Shown: piece after piece, positions 19,160 through 26,843 of the stretch
Layout: each line of letters begins with the position of its first letter
Numbering within the stretch: the stretch's first letter is position 1
NCBI GenBank assembly: GCA_964536865.1
Contig: CAZHYN010000012.1
Location: forward strand, 15,093 to 47,092
DNA: 32,000 bases
Direction of reading: 5' to 3'
Origin: an uncultured Planctomycetia bacterium
GTDB taxonomy: Bacteria; Omnitrophota; Gorgyraeia; Duberdicusellales; 4484-171
Position numbers and translations under genes: made by a program
The notes under the pieces: model-generated
What the model was told of the DNA's origin: nothing
The model's input: the letters and a program-made list of their open reading frames with translations, nothing else
Databases searched by the model: none

Positions 19160-20329
19160 CTAATAGCGAAAAGGTAGAGAAAAAAGATTTATAAAGCCTT
19201 CAGCCCACTCTTTCTTTAACATATCTTTCCTTCCATAAGTAGCAAAAGCCTTTTTATATAAAGAACATGGGGATTTTCTTTTTGTAATAATAATATTTCC
19301 TTTATAAAGTTTTAGAGTGATTTTGCCAGTAACAGATTTCTGGGTTTCCTCCACAAATGCATCTAAAGCTTTCTTAAGCTGAGAAAACCACAATCCTTGA
19401 TAAATTAGCTGGGCATATTTTAAAGAAACTATCTCTTTAAAAAATAAAGTCTCTCTGTCTAAGGTTAGGTGTTCTAATTCCTTATGTGCTGCGTGCAGAA
19501 TCCAGGCTGCTGGTGCTTCATAAACTTCGCGTGATTTTATCCCCACAACTCTGTCTTCAATTAAATCGGTCCTTCCTATACCTCCATCTTTGCCTACTTT
19601 ATTTAAATAATTAATTATTTTTAAAAAACTTTTTCTTCTTCCATTAATCTTTGTTGGCATACCTTTCTCAAACTCTATCTCTACATTAACTTCTTTATCT
19701 TGAGTCTTTTTTAAAGATTTAATAAATAAATAAGAATCTTGAGGGGCTTCTTTCTCTATATCCTCCAAAATACCTGCCTCAATAGATGCTCCCCAAATAT
19801 TTTTATCAATACTGTAAATTTTTTCTTTACTTACCTTTACAGGTAATTTATTTCTTTTTGCATACTCAATCTCATCTTCCCTGCTTTTTAAATTCCATTC
19901 TCTTAAAGGAGCAATTATTCCTAACTTGGGAGCTAAAATTTTTATACTTGTCTCAAAACGAATTTGATCATTTCCTTTATGGGTACATCCATGAGCAACA
20001 AATTTTGCTTTCTCTTTTTTGGCAATCTCAACCAGATATTTTGCAATTAAAGGTCGTCCTAAAGCAGTAGATAAAACATATTTCCCTTCATATAAAGCCC
20101 CTGCTTTAAGAGAGAAAAGAACATATTCTTGAGCAAACTCTTCTTTTAAATCTTTTATATAAATCTTTTCTGCCCCTGCTTTAATTGCTCTTTTTTCTAA
20201 ATCAGAAGGAGAAAATTCACTGCCTAAATTAGCAGAAAAACATATAACTCTAAAGCCCTTATCCTTTAACCACTTAATACAGCAGGTGGTATCTAATCCT
20301 CCTGAGTAAGCTAAAATAACCTTTTTCAT
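19160..20329 (-). CDS. argG: Argininosuccinate synthase
   Basis: 389 aa with the N-terminal ATP-PPase motif AYSGGLDTT, plus HGCTHKGNDQIRFE and SIDKNIWG. Confidence 0.95.
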   Translation of the reverse strand: MKKVILAYSGGLDTTCCIKWLKDKGFRVICFSANLGSEFSPSDLEKRAIKAGAEKIYIKDLKEEFAQEYVLFSLKAGALYEGKYVLSTALGRPLIAKYLVEIAKKEKAKFVAHGCTHKGNDQIRFETSIKILAPKLGIIAPLREWNLKSREDEIEYAKRNKLPVKVSKEKIYSIDKNIWGASIEAGILEDIEKEAPQDSYLFIKSLKKTQDKEVNVEIEFEKGMPTKINGRRKSFLKIINYLNKVGKDGGIGRTDLIEDRVVGIKSREVYEAPAAWILHAAHKELEHLTLDRETLFFKEIVSLKYAQLIYQGLWFSQLKKALDAFVEETQKSVTGKITLKLYKGNIIITKRKSPCSLYKKAFATYGRKDMLKKEWAEGFINLFSLPFRY

Positions 20330-20330
20330 T

Positions 20331-21269
20331 TTAACTTAATCTTGAAAGCACTCTCTTCTCCAAAAGAGAAACTAAAATAGCCTTAGCAGAATGAAGTCTA
20401 TTCTCTGCTTGTAAAAATATAATAGAATTTTTACTATCTAGAACTTTACTGGTTATCTCCTGCCCTCTCTTTGCTGGCAAACAGTGCATAATTAGGCAAT
20501 CTTTTTTAGCTCTCTTTAGAATTTTATTATTTACCTGAAATCTTTTAAATGCCTTTATTCTTTTAGAACTCTCCTTCTCTTTACCCATAGAAACCCATAC
20601 ATCAGTATAGATAACATCACTATTTTTTACTGCCTTTATAGGATCGTGAAGAACTTCTATTCTTGCTCCACTTACTTTAGCAAAATCTTTTGCCTCCTGT
20701 ACAACTTCTTTATCAGGAGAATATCCTTCAGGAGTAGCAACAGCTAGATTACCTCCTATAATACTAAAGCCATACAGAAGAGAATGGCAAACGTTATTAC
20801 CGTCTCCTATGAAAACAACTTTAATCTTCCTTATATCTTTCTTTGCCTCGTAGAGAGTAAATAAATCCCCCAAGACCTGAGAAGGATGAAGAAAATCACT
20901 TAATCCATTTACTACGGGAATAGTTGAAGCTTTCACAAAATCTAGAATTGTCTGATGAGAAAAACATCTTAAGACTACACAATCTATGTAGCGAGCTAAT
21001 GTCCTAGCTACATCAAAAGCAGTCTCTCTTTTGCCCATCTGGACCTCCTGAGGAGAAAAGTAGATTGCTCTTGCACCTAACTGAAGTGCTCCCAAGTAGA
21101 AAGCTGTTTTTGTTCTTAAAGAAGGTTTTTGAAAAAGTAAACCTATAGTAAAATCATTTAGAGTCTTTCTAAATCTCTGAGGATTTTTTTTTATCCGAGC
21201 AGTGAGAGTTATCAATTCATTTACTTTGCGTTTAGAAAAATACTTCAAAGAGATAAAATTACTCAGCAT
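20331..21269 (-). CDS. argF: Ornithine carbamoyltransferase
   Basis: 312 aa with HPSQ, DVWVSMG and HCLP, typical OTC motifs. The carbamoyl-phosphate motif reads SLRTK rather than the usual STRTR (see findings). Confidence 0.85.
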   Translation of the reverse strand: MLSNFISLKYFSKRKVNELITLTARIKKNPQRFRKTLNDFTIGLLFQKPSLRTKTAFYLGALQLGARAIYFSPQEVQMGKRETAFDVARTLARYIDCVVLRCFSHQTILDFVKASTIPVVNGLSDFLHPSQVLGDLFTLYEAKKDIRKIKVVFIGDGNNVCHSLLYGFSIIGGNLAVATPEGYSPDKEVVQEAKDFAKVSGARIEVLHDPIKAVKNSDVIYTDVWVSMGKEKESSKRIKAFKRFQVNNKILKRAKKDCLIMHCLPAKRGQEITSKVLDSKNSIIFLQAENRLHSAKAILVSLLEKRVLSRLS

Positions 21270-22416
21270 ACTTTTTAAGAACTTCCTCTAGAATCTTTAA
21301 GCCTTCATCTATTTCTTCTTTCTTAACATTCAATGCAGGCATTATCCTTAAGACATTTTCATGGGTAGAGTTAATGATCACTCCTCTCTTTAGAACCTCC
21401 TCAAAAATGGGATAAGATTTACCTTTTAGTTCTATCCCTACCATTAATCCTTTCCCTCTTACTTCCTTAATAAAATCAGTTTTTTCTTTTAATCTAATAA
21501 GCTTCTCCTTAAGATAACTCCCAACTCTTTTAACATTAGAGAGGATTCTTTCTTCTCTTAACACTCCTAACACCTCCAAAACCACCCGACAAGCTAAAGG
21601 ATTCCCTCCGAAAGTAGAGGCATGAAGTCCTCCTCCCATTATATCAGCAATATCTTTTTTTACTAACATCGCTGACACAGGAAAACCTGCCCCTAATCCC
21701 TTAGATAATAGCATAATATCCGGCTCAATATCGTAGTGTTGATAACAAAACATCTTGGAAGTTCTTCCCATGCCTGTCTGGACTTCATCTATTATAAGAA
21801 GTAAATCCTTCTTCCTGCAGAAGGCACTTATTTTCTGGATATAATCGTACTCAGCTACATTTATCCCCCCCTCTCCTTGAATTAACTCTAAGATAATCCC
21901 TACAGTGTTCTTATTAGTCTTCGTCTTCAAATCATTAAAATCGTTAAATCTAATCTCCACAAACTTAGGAAGAAGGGGTCTGAAAGGGTATCTATATTTT
22001 TTTTGACCAGTAGCAGATAAACTCCCAAAAGTTCTTCCATGGAAAGAATTCTTCATCGTTATAATCTCATACCGTCTTCTTCCTCCATAGAGACGAGAAA
22101 ATTTAATTGCTGCTTCCACTGCTTCTGTACCGGAATTAGCAAAAAATACTTTTGCCCCAAAAGAAGACTTCACTAGTTCTCTGGCTGCTTTCTCTTGATA
22201 AGGATGAATTAAATTATTAGGAAGATGTATAAGCTCCTTAGCCTGTTGAGAGATTACTTTACTTATTCGAGGATGAGAGTGCCCCAAGATAGATACTCCC
22301 CACCCAGGAAATAAATCGAGATACCTCTTACCTTCTTCGTCCCAGAGATAACTCCCTTTTCCCTTTACAAAAGTTGGTCCTACTTTCTTATACACAGGAA
22401 TAAGAACATTACCCAT
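21259..22416 (-). CDS. argD: Acetylornithine aminotransferase
   Basis: 385 aa class-III aminotransferase with NSGTEAVEAAIK, DEVQTGMGRT and LSKGLGAGFP (PLP Lys). Sits between argB and argF. Confidence 0.9.
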   Translation of the reverse strand: MGNVLIPVYKKVGPTFVKGKGSYLWDEEGKRYLDLFPGWGVSILGHSHPRISKVISQQAKELIHLPNNLIHPYQEKAARELVKSSFGAKVFFANSGTEAVEAAIKFSRLYGGRRRYEIITMKNSFHGRTFGSLSATGQKKYRYPFRPLLPKFVEIRFNDFNDLKTKTNKNTVGIILELIQGEGGINVAEYDYIQKISAFCRKKDLLLIIDEVQTGMGRTSKMFCYQHYDIEPDIMLLSKGLGAGFPVSAMLVKKDIADIMGGGLHASTFGGNPLACRVVLEVLGVLREERILSNVKRVGSYLKEKLIRLKEKTDFIKEVRGKGLMVGIELKGKSYPIFEEVLKRGVIINSTHENVLRIMPALNVKKEEIDEGLKILEEVLKKYAE

Positions 22417-22420
22417 TGTT

Positions 22421-23269
22421 CTAAGGAATAATCTCTGTACCTATCCCCTCATCAGTAAAAATCTCAAGGAGAATAGCATGAGGAATTTTAGCATCTATAA
22501 TATGAGCTTTCTTAACCCCATGTTTAATCGCTTCTATTGCTGCTTTTACTTTAGGAACCATTCCCTCATCAATCACCTTCTCCTTAATAAGGTCCTCTGC
22601 CTCCTTAACAGTAAGAGTAGAAATCAAAGAATCTTCATTATTGGGATCGCGCATTACTCCTAAGACATTGGTAAGAAAAACAACTTTCTCAGCAGGTAGA
22701 TACGAAGCTAAAAAGAAGGCCACCTCATCAGCATTTATATTGTAAGTAGTATTATCGTCCGAAATACCCATAGGGCACACTACAGGAATAGCCTCTTTTA
22801 GAACTTCTTCTATGCTTCGGCGATTAAAATCCACAACTTCACCTACGAAACCCAAATCTTTTTTGCTCTTTTTCTTCTTTACTAAAAGTATCCTATCATC
22901 TTTTTTAAATCCTTTAGCTTTTATGCCATGAGAAGTAATCTCTTCAACTATTAAATCGTTCAAGTTATTAAGCTCTTCTTCTACAATCTTTAATGTCTTA
23001 CTATCAGTTACTCTAAAACCTTCTATGAACTTTGAAGGAAATTTTAACTTTTTTAACCTCTCAGTAATATTTGGTCCTCCCCCATGTACCAATATCGGTC
23101 TTATCCCTGTGTACCTTAGAAAAGCTATATCCTCTAATACGGACTTTCTAATCCTTTCTTCCCCTAGAATCGAACCTCCGTATTTAATCACCATAATCTT
23201 TTTATGGAATTTCTTTATATAAGGAAGTGCCTCAATTAAAATATCTGCTTTCTTTATTGCCTCTTCCAT
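22421..23269 (-). CDS. argB: Acetylglutamate kinase
   Basis: 282 aa with VIKYGGS, LVHGGGP and NINADEVA. AAGGAGGAAGG lies upstream of the ATG. Confidence 0.93.
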   Translation of the reverse strand: MEEAIKKADILIEALPYIKKFHKKIMVIKYGGSILGEERIRKSVLEDIAFLRYTGIRPILVHGGGPNITERLKKLKFPSKFIEGFRVTDSKTLKIVEEELNNLNDLIVEEITSHGIKAKGFKKDDRILLVKKKKSKKDLGFVGEVVDFNRRSIEEVLKEAIPVVCPMGISDDNTTYNINADEVAFFLASYLPAEKVVFLTNVLGVMRDPNNEDSLISTLTVKEAEDLIKEKVIDEGMVPKVKAAIEAIKHGVKKAHIIDAKIPHAILLEIFTDEGIGTEIIP

Positions 23270-23281
23270 ATACCTTCCTCC

Positions 23282-24382
23282 TTAACTATAGGATGCGTTC
23301 ATCTTCACATATATAGGGGTAATATCAGAGAACCATCCCCGCCACCTAAATCTACCTCTTCCTAAATCAACGGATATCTTTACATCCTTTCCTTTAAACT
23401 GCATTCTCACTTTGAACTTCTCTTCTTTAACCTTTATCTTTGCTTCTCCTAAACTAGAAATAATCCTTCCCCAATTAGGACTCTCTCCATAAATCGCACT
23501 CTTTAAAAGCAAAGAATTAGCTATAGCTTTGAATGCTACCTTAGCTTCTCTTTCACTCTTCGCTCCTTCTAAATCTAGCTGTACAAGCTTAGTAGAGCCT
23601 TCCGCATCTTTTACAATCATCTTAGCTAAATTCTGGCATACCTCATCTAAAGCTATCCCAAATCTATTTAAAGAAGCATTCCTCTCTAAAAGAATACCCC
23701 TGGAGTAAGAAAGAAAAAATACTGTATCATTAGTGCTCATACAACCATCCACAGAGATGCTATTAAAACTTCTATCCACAGCTCTGGAGGTAAGTTTCCT
23801 CAGTATCTTTCTACTAGAAATCTTAGCATCAGTTAGAATAAATGCTAACATTGTAGCTAATTGAGGATTTATCATACCTGCACCTTTAGCAAACCCAAAA
23901 ATCGTTACTTCTCCTTCTTTTAAACTTAATCTCTGATAGGAAGTCTTGGTGAATGTATCTGTGGTAAGGATACTTTGAGCAAAGGGACGCCAGTCCCTAC
24001 TTAAGTTATTACAGAGCATAGGGATACTATTTATTATCTTAGAAAAAGGCATACTCTTTCCAATTATCCCTGTAGAGGCAATTAATATATTCTCTTGTTT
24101 AACCCTTAAGTAACTAGCCAGACTCTTACATACTCTTAAAGTTTTATAGAAATCGACTTTTTTAGTAAAACAGTTAGCATTGCCACTGGTCACTATTACC
24201 GCTTTTATAGGATTGTTAATGTACTTTTTACTCACCATAACTGAATATGAAAGATTAGTATTCTGAGTAAAAAAACCCTCAGCTATTGCTCCTTCTCTAC
24301 ACTCTATTAATCCCAAATCCATCCCCTTATATTTTATTCCACATCTAATACCACTTGTAAGAAACCCTTGGGGTAACTTCAC
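23282..24382 (-). CDS. argJ: Bifunctional ornithine acetyltransferase / N-acetylglutamate synthase
   Basis: 366 aa with the autoproteolytic site PQLATMLAFILTDA and ISVDGCMSTNDT. The GTG start overlaps the argC TGA (GTGA). Confidence 0.93.
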   Translation of the reverse strand: MKLPQGFLTSGIRCGIKYKGMDLGLIECREGAIAEGFFTQNTNLSYSVMVSKKYINNPIKAVIVTSGNANCFTKKVDFYKTLRVCKSLASYLRVKQENILIASTGIIGKSMPFSKIINSIPMLCNNLSRDWRPFAQSILTTDTFTKTSYQRLSLKEGEVTIFGFAKGAGMINPQLATMLAFILTDAKISSRKILRKLTSRAVDRSFNSISVDGCMSTNDTVFFLSYSRGILLERNASLNRFGIALDEVCQNLAKMIVKDAEGSTKLVQLDLEGAKSEREAKVAFKAIANSLLLKSAIYGESPNWGRIISSLGEAKIKVKEEKFKVRMQFKGKDVKISVDLGRGRFRWRGWFSDITPIYVKMNASYS

Positions 24383-25401
24383 AGTAAACCTTCAGTCTCA
24401 TCAAACCCATACATAACATTCATATTCTGGATAGCATTCCCGCTTGCCCCCTTCATAAGATTATCTATACAAGAGCAAATAACTCCTTTCCTTCCACTCC
24501 CATCTAAAGAAAAACCTATATCACAGAAGTTTGTCCTTACCACGTCTTTTAACTTAGGAAGAGATTCTTTTATCCTAACAAAAGGGGCATCTCTGTAATA
24601 ATTCTGGTATAGCTTAAACACTCCCTTTGTATCTATCTTTTTCTTAAAATCCACATAAATTGTGGAGTAAATTCCTGCCTCTATGCCTACTACATGAGGA
24701 ATGAAAGTAATCTCTGCTTCTTTCTTAGAAAGATATTTGAGAACTTCCACTATCTCTGGAGTATGCTGGTGGAAGAAAGGTTTATAAGCCCAGATGTTGT
24801 TAGAAACACTTAAATAGTGATAATCGATAAGGGGTTTTCTCCCCCCACCACTAACTGAGCTTTTGGAATCAACAATAATTCTTAACTTTACCATATCTTC
24901 CTTCAATAGAGGGGCTAATGCTAATATTATAGAAATTGGATAACATCCTGGATTGGCAATGAGATCTGCCTTTTGGATTTCCTCTTTTAGAAACTCTACT
25001 AATCCATAGACAGCTTGCTTTAAATTTCTTTTATCTTGATGTTTTTTCTTATAATATTCTTCGTATATTTTAGAATTTTTTAATCGATAGTCAGCAGAAA
25101 GATCTATCACCTTCTTTTTGGCTTTCAATATCGATGGGGCTATCTTAAAAGAAATAGTATGAGGCAAAGCAAGAAAAAAAATATCCGCTTTTTCTACTGC
25201 CTCACTAATTTTTGGTAGTTCGCAGATTAAGTTTATCTTTCCTTCAAATTTAGGAAAGAGTTTACTGTAGAGAGTAGGTTTTTCCAGGAGAGCTCCTAAA
25301 TAAGCAATTTCCACACCGGGGTGCTTTAAGAGGAGCTCTACTAACTTTTCCCCTGTAAATCCTGTTGCTCCTAAAATTGCTACTTTTATCTTTTCTTCCA
25401 T
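24379..25401 (-). CDS. argC: N-acetyl-gamma-glutamyl-phosphate reductase
   Basis: 340 aa with GATGFTG and the active-site motif ANPGCYP. Confidence 0.93.
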   Translation of the reverse strand: MEEKIKVAILGATGFTGEKLVELLLKHPGVEIAYLGALLEKPTLYSKLFPKFEGKINLICELPKISEAVEKADIFFLALPHTISFKIAPSILKAKKKVIDLSADYRLKNSKIYEEYYKKKHQDKRNLKQAVYGLVEFLKEEIQKADLIANPGCYPISIILALAPLLKEDMVKLRIIVDSKSSVSGGGRKPLIDYHYLSVSNNIWAYKPFFHQHTPEIVEVLKYLSKKEAEITFIPHVVGIEAGIYSTIYVDFKKKIDTKGVFKLYQNYYRDAPFVRIKESLPKLKDVVRTNFCDIGFSLDGSGRKGVICSCIDNLMKGASGNAIQNMNVMYGFDETEGLL

Positions 25402-25423
25402 ACTCTATAAAAAGATTACAACT

Positions 25424-25452
25424 ATAATAAACTAAAAATATTCAATCGTCAA
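25424..25452 (-). promoter_or_regulatory. Sigma-70-type promoter upstream of argC
   Basis: Minus strand: TTGACG (25452-25447), 17 nt, TATTAT (25429-25424). The -10 ends 22 nt before the argC ATG. Confidence 0.45.
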
Positions 25453-25543
25453 TAGTCTCAAGAGAATATACTTCTTTCTTAGTTAAGTGCTTCCTTCTTA
25501 TAAAAATAAAGGGAACTCGAAGTGAGGTACGCAGAGAAATAGA

Positions 25544-25954
25544 CTAGCGCTTAGTCCACTGGAATCGGCGGCGAGCGCCTCGACGACCATACTTTTTTCT
25601 CTCTTTAGCCCGGGGGTCTCTAGTTAAGAGGTCTTCTTTTCTTAGGGGAATCCTTAGTTGAGGGTTAAGCTCAATCAATGCTCTAGCAATTCCTAAACTG
25701 ACTGCTCCTGCTTGGCCTGAAATCCCTCCCCCTTTTACATTAGCTTTAATATCAACTTTCTCTAATAATTCAGTAGCGGCTAAAGGCTTCTTCACTTGAA
25801 CTTGGTGAGTGATTACAGGGAAGTATTCTTCCAATCTTCTTCCATTAATAATAATTTTCCCTCTTCCCGGTAAAGAAACTTTCACTCTTGCCGTAGCTTC
25901 TTTACGTCTTCCTGTAGCTAATGCAAAAATTTTTTCTTCTAAATTCTCTACCAT
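25544..25954 (-). CDS. rpsI: 30S ribosomal protein S9
   Basis: 136 aa with GRRKEATARV, GGGISGQAGAVSLGIARAL and the basic C-terminus ...RRFQWTKR. Confidence 0.97.
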   Translation of the reverse strand: MVENLEEKIFALATGRRKEATARVKVSLPGRGKIIINGRRLEEYFPVITHQVQVKKPLAATELLEKVDIKANVKGGGISGQAGAVSLGIARALIELNPQLRIPLRKEDLLTRDPRAKERKKYGRRGARRRFQWTKR

Positions 25955-25958
25955 TATT

Positions 25959-26384
25959 CTAAATATCTACTCTAAATGGTCTCTGAGCCTGCTGATAATG
26001 ATTCTCTTCAGGATAAATTTTAAGGCATCTAAGCATCATCTTACCTAATTTACTCTTAGGCAACATCCCTTTTACTGCCAAATGAAGAGCTTTTGTAGGA
26101 TTTTTTTGCATTAATTCTCCAAGAGTAATCTCTCTCCTCCCTTTAGGATATCCCGAATACTTATCGTATATTTTCTCTCTCCACTTATCCCCTGTAACTT
26201 TAATATACTTTGCATTTATTACTACAACATAATCTCCACATAAAAAATTAGGTGAGTATTCTGGTTTATCTTTACCCTGAAGAATTCTAGCTATACGAGT
26301 GGCTAATCTTCCTAAAGTCTTTCTCTTAGCATCTACCAGAATCCATTTTCTTTCTACTTGGTTATAAAATTTAGTCTTCTTCAT
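25959..26384 (-). CDS. rplM: 50S ribosomal protein L13
   Basis: 141 aa with RKWILVDAKRKTLGRLATRIARILQGK and GDYVVVINA. Directly upstream of rpsI, the universal order. Confidence 0.97.
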   Translation of the reverse strand: MKKTKFYNQVERKWILVDAKRKTLGRLATRIARILQGKDKPEYSPNFLCGDYVVVINAKYIKVTGDKWREKIYDKYSGYPKGRREITLGELMQKNPTKALHLAVKGMLPKSKLGKMMLRCLKIYPEENHYQQAQRPFRVDI

Positions 26385-26395
26385 AGAGATAAATT

Positions 26396-26423
26396 CTTAT
26401 ATCATCTTTTTTTAATTTGTCAA
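26396..26423 (-). promoter_or_regulatory. Sigma-70-type promoter of rplM-rpsI
   Basis: Minus strand: TTGACA (26423-26418), 16 nt, TGaTATAAG extended -10 (-10 hexamer 26401-26396). Only 11 nt separate the -10 from the rplM ATG. Confidence 0.5.
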
Positions 26424-26770
26424 TACAAATCTCACTCTGCGGTTTCCCCAAAATTTTAGTGTTTAAAGGTATTCTTACTCTCTTTCTACCTAACTCCAAT
26501 GCTTTCTTCTCCTTAAACTGTCAGGAAGCATTGATTTTATTAACTCTTTTCTATCTCCTCTATTACCTTTGCCTTTAGTATAGAGTTTGCTGTAGTAGGT
26601 GCTTTTACTATCTGTCTGTTCTCGCTCTCAAATTCATCAGCATCTTAAGGGGCACCTCCTTGTTTTTGAGAAAGTTTCTGTCCATTTTTAGGCTAAATAT
26701 TATAAAATTGTCTATTATAAAGTTACAAAAATTAAGCTTATTTTTCGGGGAAAACTCCAGTTATATTCAA

Positions 26771-26799
26771 TTGCCCCTTCGCTAAAAAAGAGATATAAT
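26771..26799 (+). promoter_or_regulatory. Sigma-70-type promoter of the plus-strand block
   Basis: TTGCCC (26771-26776), 17 nt, TATAAT (26794-26799), 44 nt upstream of ATG 26844. Confidence 0.45.
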
Positions 26800-26843
26800 A
26801 AAAGTGCCCGCTTTAAAAACAAACATTTAAATAATTAAATTTG

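Noticed and set aside
25430-25452. Possible ArgR/AhrC ARG box overlapping the argC promoter (ATTGAATATTTTTAGTTT).
   Set aside because: Only the TGAAT half-site matches; the second half (ATTCA) is absent. That gives about 7/18 matches to the AhrC consensus as I recall it, which is not distinguishable from AT-rich background.
26385-26843. Replication origin hypothesis for the divergent intergenic region (genes point away on both sides).
   Set aside because: I find no TTATCCACA-like DnaA boxes or AT-rich 13-mer-type repeats in it, and no dnaA/dnaN nearby. Strand divergence alone is insufficient.
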